A stretch of 64,000 nt of DNA from a virus: positions 18,902 through 82,901 of the IMG/VR virus record IMGVR_UViG_3300009130_000016. One strand, given 5' to 3'. Below are positions 1 to 8,972 of this stretch, in pieces. The position numbers and the translations under genes were made by a program. Position 1 is the first letter of the stretch. Every line of letters begins with the position of its first letter. The notes beneath the pieces are model-generated. The model saw nothing but the letters and a program-made list of their open reading frames with translations, did no database searches and had not been told where the DNA came from.

Positions 1-1101
1 GAAGAAGAAACTGAAGAAGAACCTGTTGAAGATTTTTCTGACGAAGGAGAAACTGAAGATGAAATTGAAGCTGAAGAAGAAACGGAAGACGAAGCATCTG
101 AAGAAGAAGATGAGGAAGAAACTGAAGAAGAAACTTTATTTGAAGTTGTTCAGTTCGAAGAAGAAGAAATTGAATTAGAAGAGCCTGCTGCTGCTGCTGA
201 AGAACCTGCTATTGAGGAACCTGCATTAGAGGAACCTGCAATGGAAGAGCCAGCTGTTGAAACTCCAGAAGCAAATGTTACTTTAGATTTATCTCCATTA
301 GTTGACATGATGCAAAAAGTATTAGACAAATTGGAAGGTGGATCTCCAGAAGGAGAAGAAGGTGAAGTTGAAGTGATTGATGACACTACTGCTGAGGAGC
401 CTGCATTAGAGGAGCCTGCAATGGAAGAGCCAGCTGTTGAAGAGGAGCCAGAAGCTATCCAAGAATTTGAACTTTCTGAATTCGAAGAAACTTTCTCTGA
501 AGGGGACTTGGTTGACGAAGGAGAAATTGTTGGTGAAACAGAAGAATTAGAGGAAGAAGACTCAGTTGAAGAACAAATGGGAGTTGGACACCTTGCAAAA
601 AATGACGGAAGATCTGCTGGTAAATTACCAAGAGAAGTAAGTCATAAACTAAAAGAAAACACAGCTCAAAATGAGTCCGATGCGGATGAGCTTATTAAGG
701 AAAACAAAGGTTTAAAGAAAGACATCAGTGAATTTCAAGAAGCATTTATCATGCTTAGAGATCAACTTGATGAGATGCAAAATTTCAATGCGAAATTAGC
801 ATTAGCTAACAAGGTCTTTTTAAATGGTGGTCTTACTACTGATGAGAAGCATGCAATCAGCGAAGAGTTTGATGCTGCTACAACAGTAAAAGAGGCAACA
901 GAAGTGTACCATAGAATTATCAAGGAACATAAGATCTCTTTAAAAGAATCTACAGTTAGCAAAATCAAATCTAAGAACATTAATGTTGGTAAATCTAAAG
1001 AAACTGCTAAGCCACTTTACGAAAGTGCTCAAGCAAAAGTTCTTAAAGAATCCACTTTAAGACAACAAAGATTAGCTGGTATTATAAAAAACGAAGATTA
1101 A
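1..1101 (+). CDS. Prohead scaffolding/core protein (T4 gp22-like), 5'-truncated by the window edge
   Basis: Frame 1 is open from base 1, so the 241 ATG in the ORF track is internal. Very Glu-rich N-part with EEPA repeats and a coiled-coil C-part; lies directly upstream of the major capsid gene. Confidence 0.75.
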   Translation, partial: EEETEEEPVEDFSDEGETEDEIEAEEETEDEASEEEDEEETEEETLFEVVQFEEEEIELEEPAAAAEEPAIEEPALEEPAMEEPAVETPEANVTLDLSPLVDMMQKVLDKLEGGSPEGEEGEVEVIDDTTAEEPALEEPAMEEPAVEEEPEAIQEFELSEFEETFSEGDLVDEGEIVGETEELEEEDSVEEQMGVGHLAKNDGRSAGKLPREVSHKLKENTAQNESDADELIKENKGLKKDISEFQEAFIMLRDQLDEMQNFNAKLALANKVFLNGGLTTDEKHAISEEFDAATTVKEATEVYHRIIKEHKISLKESTVSKIKSKNINVGKSKETAKPLYESAQAKVLKESTLRQQRLAGIIKNED

Positions 1102-1182
1102 TTCATAAAAAAAAGAACGAATTAATCAGTTTTTGAAAAACTTAGACTATTTAAATTAAACAAAACTTTAAACTTAAAAAAA

Positions 1183-2838
1183 ATGAGCGGAATTTTAAAC
1201 TCAGGTAACGTAGGTTTGACTAACATCAAAACTCTTGCCGAACAAAGAAAAGCTATCGTTTCTAACTGGGATAACTCAGGATTGTTAGAAGGATTGAAAG
1301 GTATGAAAAAGTCCAACATTGCTCAGTTGCTTGAAAACCAAGCTGCTAACATGTTGAACGAGGTTACTTTAGATTCATCTGCTGGTAGATTCGACACAGT
1401 AGCGTTCCCAATCGTGAGAAGAGTATTCTCTAGATTATTGGCTAACGAATTAGTTTCAGTACAACCATTAGCACTTCCTTCAGGATTGTTATTCTATTTA
1501 GATGCGAAAGTTTCTTTCAATGGAGCTGACAACACTTTTGATAACCAAATTGGAAGAGCTGCTGAACTTGCTGGACAACAAAAAGTATCTCCAAAAAATG
1601 ATGCAAACGGACAAGCTGGTCCTCAATTCGCAGACACTACTGCATACGAAAGATTCTACAACAACAAAGGATTTGACCTTTCTTTTGGACAAGGTACAAC
1701 AAACTTAGCTGGTGTTGTTAACAATACAGCTACTGCTGCTGATGCTGCAAACGGACTTCTTCCATTGACTATGGATTTAGGTGCTGGATATGACGTTTCT
1801 AAATCTCAGTCTTCTTCTACTTTAAGATTTACTGCTTCTACGGATCTTTATTATTCTTCAGGATCAGAAAACATCTTATTAGTTGCTGCTGGTGAAGAGC
1901 TTCCTTTCTATCACGGAATCCAAGATTACTCTTTAGATTTATTTGATTCTCAAATGGCTAAAGTTGTTTTTGATCTTAGACCTGCGTCTGTAGAAGGATC
2001 TAACTTTAACTCATCAATGGTTAATGATGAAACAAACTTCGGTGCTGCTTTAACATTGGAAATTAAGCCTTTATACGAGGTATTTAATGACCTTGAAGCG
2101 AGTTCTGAAATGGCTGAATTGACTATTCAATTCTCATCTGTTACTGTATTTACTGTAACTAGAAAATTAAGAGCTCACTGGACTCCAGAATTAGCTCAAG
2201 ATTTAGAGGCTTACCACTCTATCGATGCTGAAGCAGAATTAACTGCACTTCTTTCTGAGCACATTGCTGCTGAGGTTGACAGAGAAATCATCATCGACTT
2301 GATTAACGAAGCTCCATTCAGAGCTAGATGGGATTATAACGGTTTACAAAACAATGCTAACTTCTTCGGAACGCAAAAGGATTGGAACCAAACTTTAATC
2401 ACAAGAATCAACGAAATATCTGCACAAATTCACAAAGCAACATTGAGAGGTGGAGCTAACTGGGTAGTTTGTTCTGCAGAAGCTGGTGCGATTTTTGATG
2501 ATTTAGAATACTTCCACGTTGCTGGTTCTGCATCTCCAGAGCAAGAAAAATACAACTTGGGTGTTGAGAAAATCGGAAATTTAGGAAACAGATACACAAT
2601 CTTCAAAGATCCTTATTTACCTGCTGAGATCGTATTAATCGGTCACAAAGGAAATACTTTCTTAGAAGCTGGTTACATCTACGCTCCTTACATTCCTTTA
2701 CAATTAACGCAAACTATTTATGATCCAAACGACTTCACACCTCGTAAAGGTATCATGACTAGATACGCTAAGAAAATGGTTAATAACAGATTCTATGGTG
2801 TAATTGTAGTTGATAATATCAGAACTTACGCTGTATAA
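1183..2838 (+). CDS. Major capsid protein (T4 gp23-like)
   Basis: Gp23-like motifs: AQLLENQ, FPIVRRVF..LLANELVSVQP, RKLRAHWTPELAQDL.AYH.IDAEAEL, YAPYIPL, PRKGIMTRY. Confidence 0.97.
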   Translation: MSGILNSGNVGLTNIKTLAEQRKAIVSNWDNSGLLEGLKGMKKSNIAQLLENQAANMLNEVTLDSSAGRFDTVAFPIVRRVFSRLLANELVSVQPLALPSGLLFYLDAKVSFNGADNTFDNQIGRAAELAGQQKVSPKNDANGQAGPQFADTTAYERFYNNKGFDLSFGQGTTNLAGVVNNTATAADAANGLLPLTMDLGAGYDVSKSQSSSTLRFTASTDLYYSSGSENILLVAAGEELPFYHGIQDYSLDLFDSQMAKVVFDLRPASVEGSNFNSSMVNDETNFGAALTLEIKPLYEVFNDLEASSEMAELTIQFSSVTVFTVTRKLRAHWTPELAQDLEAYHSIDAEAELTALLSEHIAAEVDREIIIDLINEAPFRARWDYNGLQNNANFFGTQKDWNQTLITRINEISAQIHKATLRGGANWVVCSAEAGAIFDDLEYFHVAGSASPEQEKYNLGVEKIGNLGNRYTIFKDPYLPAEIVLIGHKGNTFLEAGYIYAPYIPLQLTQTIYDPNDFTPRKGIMTRYAKKMVNNRFYGVIVVDNIRTYAV

Positions 2839-2864
2839 TCTTAGGATTAACGGTTAAGGCATAT

Positions 2865-2897
2865 AAAAGGAAGAAACTTAGTTTCTTCCTTTTTTTT
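2865..2897. terminator. Bidirectional intrinsic terminator after the capsid gene
   Basis: aaaaggaagaaac-tta-gtttcttcctttttttt at the convergence of the capsid and HD genes. Confidence 0.8.
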
Positions 2898-3417
2898 GTT
2901 TAACACTTTTTTTAGGGTCTGTCAATTGATTAAACCTATCTAAAAACGCAGACTCAGCTTCTTTTGGAGTTAATGTTGCAACATTGCCGTCCTCTCCTTT
3001 ATAGTTCTCGAATTCAGTAATAAGCATCTGTTTATCAGCTTTTTTTACCTCAAGACTCATAGGAAACTCCAAATCGAAAAACTTATAAATAAATTCCATT
3101 AAAGCATCCTCTTTCTCCATGTAAACAGGAAGCCTGTTTTTAATTGGTGTAGGCATATCGACCATGTAAGCTTCAGTTGCATCATGCAACAAGGCAGATA
3201 GTGCATGTTCTTCTGGTACCAATTTAGAACATGCAACAGAGTGTTCTGCAACCGAGTAAAAATTGTTGCAATGTCCTGCAAATCTACATAAATTAGACAA
3301 TGCATGTGCAATATCTTCGATCTTTATTTGACCTTCTTTTGGGTCAAAAGGATCAATTAAAACACCTGTAAAAGTTTCAATTACACCATTTTTTTCACCT
3401 TCTGTTCTGTGTTCCAT
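2878..3417 (-). CDS. HD-domain phosphohydrolase (YfbR/5'-deoxynucleotidase-like)
   Basis: Motifs IEDIAHALSNLCRFAGH, YSVAEHSV, ALLHDATEAY.DMPTP, ADKQML. Confidence 0.88.
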   Translation of the reverse strand: MEHRTEGEKNGVIETFTGVLIDPFDPKEGQIKIEDIAHALSNLCRFAGHCNNFYSVAEHSVACSKLVPEEHALSALLHDATEAYMVDMPTPIKNRLPVYMEKEDALMEFIYKFFDLEFPMSLEVKKADKQMLITEFENYKGEDGNVATLTPKEAESAFLDRFNQLTDPKKSVKQKKGRN

Positions 3418-3433
3418 AATTAAGTTTATTTAT

Positions 3434-3441
3434 CAAAGTTA
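3434..3441 (-). promoter_or_regulatory. Bacteroidota-type -7 promoter element (TAACTTTG) for the HD gene
   Basis: Matches TAnnTTTG on the minus strand, 17 nt upstream of the ATG. Confidence 0.55.
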
Positions 3442-3474
3442 ACAATAAACATGTAAACAAAGAAATATTTGAAC

Positions 3475-3482
3475 TATTTATA
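3475..3482 (+). promoter_or_regulatory. Putative late promoter motif TATTTATA
   Basis: The same motif recurs upstream of about 15 mostly structural genes in the window. Confidence 0.6.
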
Positions 3483-3492
3483 AGTAAAAGAT

Positions 3493-3753
3493 ATGAATTT
3501 TAAAGCAAATTACGAAATTGTAAACCTTGTATCTGGATTAAATGAGTTTCCTACGTCTGGAAACACATCAGAAATACACCAAGTTTATTGCATTGCACCA
3601 GGAAGTGTTACAATTAAAGCTGTTGGTGGAGGTGAAGCAGATTTTGCACTTACAGCAAACGATAAAGTTGATGTTCTTACAAGAAGCGTAGATGTATCAA
3701 GTGGTACATTTATAGGTTTTAGGACAAAAAACGACTCTCAAAGATATTTATAA
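3493..3753 (+). CDS. Hypothetical small beta-rich virion protein
   Basis: 86-aa ORF in the head/neck operon, preceded by TATTTATA. Confidence 0.6.
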   Translation: MNFKANYEIVNLVSGLNEFPTSGNTSEIHQVYCIAPGSVTIKAVGGGEADFALTANDKVDVLTRSVDVSSGTFIGFRTKNDSQRYL

Positions 3754-3769
3754 TATAAATTAACTAATT

Positions 3770-4945
3770 ATGTCATTTTGTACAGATGGATGTCTTACAG
3801 GTGTAACATCAGTTGATAAAACTAGGATGTTTAACCGTATTAGACGAAAACTTGGTGCACCAGTTATGGGTGTTGAACTTGTTGACGAACAAATAGAGGA
3901 ATGTATTTGTGAGGCAATAGAAGAATACTCTTACCAAATTAACACTTGGGCAATGGAAAACAAAATGGCAGAAATGCTAGGTCTTCCAACTACTGTTGAT
4001 TTTACCTTAAAATATGTTACACACTCATTATATTTCGAAAAGTCTTTTGCTAAAAGTGCATCAGAGATGATAGGTGGTGGTGTAAACACTACAAGAGAAT
4101 TGAAAACAGCCTCAATACCATTAACTTCTGGAACTCAAAATTATGAAATTTCGGATAAACATGAGATTGAAGAATTGATGTGGTATACGCCTTCTTATAT
4201 TAACATGTTTGGGCTTGACCCGTTTGCAAACTCAAATATTGCATTTTCAGAATTTGGTGCCAGTTTTGCTGGACAAACACTTTACCATGTAATGCCTGTT
4301 TTTGATACAATTTTAACTGCTCAGGCAGCTGAATTAAGAAATAAAGTAAGAGGGTCGGAATATTCGTTTTCTATACACAAGGGGCCTGCAGATAAGAGGG
4401 TCATAAGGTTATATCCAATACCAAATGCTAATAATGGAGGCTCTAGTGGATCTATGGGTATAGGCGGTGGTGCTGGTACACCAGGGACAGTTTTTTATCA
4501 ATACTATGATAAGATTAGTGATTTTGGTAATCCAGAATATTCTGGAAACACATCAGGTGGGTACACGGCTCAAACTGGCGACCAAGGAAACGGTGTTGTA
4601 TCAGGTCCTGCAGATGCACCTCTTTACAATCTAAATTGGAGTCAACTAAATGACTTGGCTAAATCTTGGATTAAAAAATATGCACAAGCATTGGCGAAAG
4701 AATTATTGGGTATCGGTATTAGAGGGAAATTCAGCGGAGAACTTCCAATACCAGATGCATCACTAACATTGAATAGTGGCGATTTAATTTCAACAGGTAG
4801 AGCCGATCAAGAAAGGTATCTTGAACAACTTAGAACCGATCTTGAAAAACTAAACCTTAAAAAACTATTGGAAGAAAGGGCTGAAATGTCCGAATCAATT
4901 AATAAAGCATTACAGGCTATTCCTTTGGGAATATACTGGGGATAA
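3770..4945 (+). CDS. Neck/head-tail adaptor protein (T4 gp13-like)
   Basis: RRKLGAPVMGVELVDEQI at the N-terminus; WIKKYAQALAKE.LG..RGKF and LTLNSGDL near the C-terminus. Confidence 0.85.
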   Translation: MSFCTDGCLTGVTSVDKTRMFNRIRRKLGAPVMGVELVDEQIEECICEAIEEYSYQINTWAMENKMAEMLGLPTTVDFTLKYVTHSLYFEKSFAKSASEMIGGGVNTTRELKTASIPLTSGTQNYEISDKHEIEELMWYTPSYINMFGLDPFANSNIAFSEFGASFAGQTLYHVMPVFDTILTAQAAELRNKVRGSEYSFSIHKGPADKRVIRLYPIPNANNGGSSGSMGIGGGAGTPGTVFYQYYDKISDFGNPEYSGNTSGGYTAQTGDQGNGVVSGPADAPLYNLNWSQLNDLAKSWIKKYAQALAKELLGIGIRGKFSGELPIPDASLTLNSGDLISTGRADQERYLEQLRTDLEKLNLKKLLEERAEMSESINKALQAIPLGIYWG

Positions 4946-4956
4946 ATTAAACACGT

Positions 4957-5526
4957 ATGTCAAACCACAAAGACTTATATGGGTCTCAAAGACCAGATGA
5001 AGCAGAAAAGAATTTATCAGAAAACAAAGGTATCGATCTTTTTTTCGGAGACCTAGAAGCCTCTTTTTTTGACCAAGTAGGTAAAGAGATGACAATCAAT
5101 ATCTTAAAAGAGAGTTTTATCCTTTATAGAGTTGATTTGAACAAGACTTCTTCTCATGCTTTATACGGGGAATCCATTCAAAAAGAATATAGAGATCCAG
5201 TTGAAGTTTTTGGAAGAATAAATGTCGAGGTTGATGATCCGACAATGAGGACCAAAAATGGTATAACCAAACAAGGTATGGGTCAACTTACAGCCAGCTT
5301 ACATCTTTCTCACTTAGAGGAAATTGGAATACTGGAAATGGATGAAAATGATCCTGTAATCGATATGAAGAAAGGTGACTTTATCGGATATAAAGGCCAG
5401 TTCTATGAAGTGTGGGATGATGGTTATGCACAAATTGCTAACCAATTCTCTTATGCAGGAGATAGAAGAGCTTTCTTAAGAGTTCGTGCAAAAGAAGTTG
5501 ATAGAGACGTATTTAACGGAATATAA
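4957..5526 (+). CDS. Head closure/neck protein (T4 gp14-like)
   Basis: LYRVD....HALYGE motif, GDFI..KGQFYEV; follows the gp13-like gene. Confidence 0.7.
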   Translation: MSNHKDLYGSQRPDEAEKNLSENKGIDLFFGDLEASFFDQVGKEMTINILKESFILYRVDLNKTSSHALYGESIQKEYRDPVEVFGRINVEVDDPTMRTKNGITKQGMGQLTASLHLSHLEEIGILEMDENDPVIDMKKGDFIGYKGQFYEVWDDGYAQIANQFSYAGDRRAFLRVRAKEVDRDVFNGI

Positions 5527-5687
5527 ATAGAAAAGATGACTCTTAGGTCATCTTGTTTTGTATAAACTTTTCTCTTCGAAATACCATAAAACTCTGTATA
5601 GAATATACTTAGAAGGTAATAGTGCAATTGTGAATATTTTAAAAACAACAACATAACTAATAATTGCGTTTTCTGTGTATTGGGTTT

Positions 5688-5942
5688 TTACAATTCCCTT
5701 TGTGATCCAACATTCCCTTTAATACTTTTTATAAAAGACTTAAATCTTGTCTTCAGTTTTCTCTCGTGAATAGCAACTCGATAGGCACCATTCATTTGCT
5801 TCACAAGTAAATCGGCAAACTTATTTCTTTCGACTTGACTCATGTCACTACAATAAATTCTAATCATTGTTTTGAATCCACGGTGCATTTTATCACTTAG
5901 CATTCTGTTTACTATCTTGTCACTAACTTTGAGGTTATCCAT
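5688..5942 (-). CDS. Hypothetical protein
   Basis: 84-aa ORF in the minus-strand small-gene cluster. Confidence 0.55.
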   Translation of the reverse strand: MDNLKVSDKIVNRMLSDKMHRGFKTMIRIYCSDMSQVERNKFADLLVKQMNGAYRVAIHERKLKTRFKSFIKSIKGNVGSQREL

Positions 5943-5989
5943 ATGATCTAATTATTGTTTCAATAGTTCTAACGAGAAAACTACTCAGT

Positions 5990-6322
5990 TTATTCCTCAC
6001 CTAAAGCTCTTTTTACAGCTTTTCTTGCTTTATCTACGTTGAAGTCTAGTAACTGCCCTTTTTCATCATAGGTATTAAGAAGATCAGTTAAAGCCTCTAG
6101 CATATCTGGAGCAGATTGAATAAGCTTTGCATTTGCCTGTCTTTCTCGAACAGTAACAGTTTCACACATAGATTCATAATTTCCAGTTTCATCATCAGGG
6201 TCATTTGAATTCATTGCACAAACTGTGGCATATCCAGAGCCAGCAAAAACGTAATGAGATTTCTTTCCCTCACTTGTACAACAGGCTTCCCAAGGCCCTT
6301 TCGTTCCTCCAAAATCTTTCAT
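5990..6322 (-). CDS. Hypothetical phage protein (TKGPW...ANAKLIxxAPDMLEAL family)
   Basis: Characteristic N-terminal TxGPW and C-terminal ANA.LI..AP.LLEAL motifs of a widespread small phage protein family. Confidence 0.75.
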   Translation of the reverse strand: MKDFGGTKGPWEACCTSEGKKSHYVFAGSGYATVCAMNSNDPDDETGNYESMCETVTVRERQANAKLIQSAPDMLEALTDLLNTYDEKGQLLDFNVDKARKAVKRALGEE

Positions 6323-6600
6323 TTTTTCACAATTTCTAATTTACAGTTGACTCCACATCCTTGACAAAATGGATGTGAGACACCTTTTGAATGTGCTATT
6401 CCGTATGCGTAACCAACATGTCCACATGCACCGCATTTACAAAACTCTCCACTTCGTATAACTTCTTCGCCTTTCTTACTAACGATTTTATGAGCATCGT
6501 GATTGAAGATTGACATAATATAATTTAAGACGAAAGTTCCTCTAAAAAACTCAATGAGCTTCTTAATCTTCGTGTCCAAGATATTTTTCAAACCTTTCAA
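6319..6600 (-). CDS. Hypothetical zinc-ribbon protein
   Basis: CKCGACG and CQGCG cysteine pairs. The start is an alternative codon and uncertain. Confidence 0.55.
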   Translation of the reverse strand: MKGLKNILDTKIKKLIEFFRGTFVLNYIMSIFNHDAHKIVSKKGEEVIRSGEFCKCGACGHVGYAYGIAHSKGVSHPFCQGCGVNCKLEIVKK

Positions 6601-6784
6601 TTAAAGTGCTAAATGCCTGTGCTTTATTAACCTTCTCTTTCATCGCAAAAAAAGTGGTTTCATCATCTTTTTTCATTTGCTCGATGTGATTAAGAAGAAT
6701 GTCTCTCTCTTTCTTAACTATCGCCAGGCACTCACCGTTATTCAGTGATAGTCCTAAGTCACTTATTGTTTTGTGTGCATCCAT
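6563..6784 (-). CDS. Hypothetical protein
   Basis: 73-aa ATG ORF within the cluster. Confidence 0.55.
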   Translation of the reverse strand: MDAHKTISDLGLSLNNGECLAIVKKERDILLNHIEQMKKDDETTFFAMKEKVNKAQAFSTLIERFEKYLGHED

Positions 6785-6806
6785 ATTACTTTAGATTTTT
6801 TATAAA

Positions 6807-6983
6807 CTAAAATCCTAACCACTCTTTAAACTCTTTGTCATTATTGACAGTTTCTTTAAAAAACTTTTTACGTTCTTTCTTGAACTTCTTGTAACAGCTT
6901 TTGTGAAAAGCATCTCCATCAGGAGACGTTATTTTGTGAGGCTTACTTTCGTCAATCTTTTTTTTACAGTAAAAACATTTCAT
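6807..6983 (-). CDS. Small zinc-finger protein, 58 aa (below the ORF-track cutoff)
   Basis: My translation: MKCFYCKKKIDESKPHKITSPDGDAFHKSCYKKFKKERKKFFKETVNNDKEFKEWLGF*. It has a CxxC...HxxC pattern and an ATGA overlap with the upstream ORF. Confidence 0.7.
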   Translation of the reverse strand: MKCFYCKKKIDESKPHKITSPDGDAFHKSCYKKFKKERKKFFKETVNNDKEFKEWLGF

Positions 6984-7189
6984 ACAAATTCTTCAAATGT
7001 AACCATTTCTTCATTAGTGTCAGTAAGACAACTTGTGAATTTACTTTTCGGGTACTTGGAATCAAGGCGATCCCATTCCATATTCTTCCCTTTCTTGTTG
7101 AAATGACTAACGTCTACAACAGCAACAGATTTCCCCCTATTATAAGGTGTTTCCCTTACTATTATGTAACTAAATTTGTATTTCGCCAT
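6980..7189 (-). CDS. Hypothetical protein
   Basis: 69-aa ATG ORF preceded by a TAGAAC-N17-CGTTA motif. Confidence 0.6.
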   Translation of the reverse strand: MAKYKFSYIIVRETPYNRGKSVAVVDVSHFNKKGKNMEWDRLDSKYPKSKFTSCLTDTNEEMVTFEEFV

Positions 7190-7475
7190 ATTAAATCTTT
7201 TTTATAAATGTAACGAGTTTTGTCGTAATTAAGTTCTATCTAAATTGAAATTTTCTGACCAATACTACAATTCTTGCTTAAGCCTATGTTTGATCAAGGT
7301 TTCATTTCTGTACTTCTTATAGGTTCTAAACTCATGTTCCTGCCTTTATCATGGTTGTAAGGTGGAATTTTCCACAATACTCACATTTGTAGCCTCTCAT
7401 CATACACTTTTTGTAATCCTTTTTGACACCAGATGCGTTGATCTCCTTTTCAGTTTTAAATGTAGTTTTTACAAA

Positions 7476-7700
7476 TTACCTTTCCAGCCATTTCTTGAAT
7501 ATTTTGCCTAAAATAGGCAGACAAACATAAGACATTAATAAAACTAGAGCAGTTGTCACAATAAGCTCCTTGAGTACATAACCAACTCCGAGTGATATTA
7601 GTGTCTCACTCAAATACGGAAGAACAGTGAACACTAGGGGTACAATAGACACCCAAACAAGAATTGTTGTCTTCCATATTTTTGGTTGTTGATTATCCAT
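7476..7700 (-). CDS. Small two-TM membrane protein
   Basis: Two hydrophobic helices (WKTTILVWVSIVPLVF..., ELIVTTALVLLMSYVCLP). The ATG at 7700 is preferred over the TTG at 7718. Confidence 0.65.
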   Translation of the reverse strand: MDNQQPKIWKTTILVWVSIVPLVFTVLPYLSETLISLGVGYVLKELIVTTALVLLMSYVCLPILGKIFKKWLER

Positions 7701-8122
7701 ATTAAAAATCAGAAACAAGATTGTTAAATAAACAAGTTTTTAAAACTCTATTCCTATTTAATATTTTTTTCAATTTATTCATATACTTTTTGTTTTAAGA
7801 ATTTATCATTCTGAGGTTATAACGAATTTTTAAGAATCAAATGTTTCATTATTTATTTTTAACTCTTAGGGATGATCTTAGAACCCTTATTATATATTAT
7901 ACTATATAATATTCTGTTTTTAGGGTAAACGGTAATAAATCAACCCCCTCCCCTTACCCCAGTTAATAAAAACTGAAGCCCTCTAAAAAGAGGAAAAAGA
8001 AAAGAAAATAGGTAATTTATTACCGAGTAAAGAGTGTAATTCATTCTCCCTCCAGTGCCAAACAGTCCGTTGTCAAAATTACAACCCCTAGAAGAAAAGA
8101 CATTGCGGACCTAAAACCAAGG

Positions 8123-8155
8123 CAAATATAAGAAACAAAAAACCCATTTTCCAAA
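8123..8155 (-). promoter_or_regulatory. Full Bacteroidota primary-sigma promoter (TTTG-N21-TATATTTG), leftward
   Basis: Minus strand reads tttg gaaaatgggttttttgtttct tatatttg, matching the -33/-7 consensus. Confidence 0.7.
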
Positions 8156-8187
8156 TAAACTTAGATATTTATTTTAAAAAGAGTCTT

Positions 8188-8931
8188 ATGGGAACTATAA
8201 AAAATCAATCAGATGGTTTAGATAAAAGCTTCGAAAACCACAACTACTTGCCACAAAAGCTACTTTTGGAAGATATTGACATGGGACTTTTTAATTATAT
8301 AAAAAGTCAAGGAATTTCTATGACCAATGAAAAAAAAGAGAATAGAAGAGTTCCAGTAATTTGGGCAACTCAAGAACTTTGGGCTGAAAGAAAGCAAAAC
8401 TTTCAATTCATGGAAAATGAAAATGGCGAAGAAATCGGAAGGCCATTTATTGCAATTTATAAAACAGGTGTAAGCGAAGGTACATCACCATTGAAATATA
8501 GCATTCCAGCTTTTAATAGATCGACTTTATCTGCAGGAGTTCATAAATTTAAATATGTAAAAGTGCCTGTTTTTGATGGAACGCTAAAGGGTTATACACT
8601 TTGGAAAGTTCCGCAGCCAGTTTACGTAGATGTTGACTATGAAATGATATTCGAAACAAGGTATCAAACACAAGTTAACCAGTTCATTGAAATGCTTAAC
8701 ATTGAGGCGTTTCCGTCTAGACAAGGTTACATGAGAGTGAATGGATATAGCATTCCTTCTATGATGGAGAATCCTAGTGAAACTAGTACGTTTGGAGACA
8801 TAAGTTCAGAGCAAATTTTTCAAATAACAGTACCATTAAAGGTATACGGAAAATTGGTTGATCCAAGTAAGTTTGAGGAAGTTCAAACAATAAATAAAAT
8901 TTCAATTAACATTTGTGAGAAAAAGGATTAG
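8188..8931 (+). CDS. Tail completion/terminator protein (T4 gp15-like)
   Basis: VPVIWA.QE.W and PQPVYVDVDYE motifs; lies upstream of the sheath and is preceded by TATTTAT. Confidence 0.65.
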   Translation: MGTIKNQSDGLDKSFENHNYLPQKLLLEDIDMGLFNYIKSQGISMTNEKKENRRVPVIWATQELWAERKQNFQFMENENGEEIGRPFIAIYKTGVSEGTSPLKYSIPAFNRSTLSAGVHKFKYVKVPVFDGTLKGYTLWKVPQPVYVDVDYEMIFETRYQTQVNQFIEMLNIEAFPSRQGYMRVNGYSIPSMMENPSETSTFGDISSEQIFQITVPLKVYGKLVDPSKFEEVQTINKISINICEKKD

Positions 8932-8972
8932 TTTTCAAAAAATTTATCTATTTATTAGAAAACAAGCAAGAA

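Noticed and set aside
5970-5997. Additional ECF-like promoter on the minus strand (CGTTA at 5974-5970)
   Set aside because: There is no AAC element at 17-18 nt spacing, so it was not counted.
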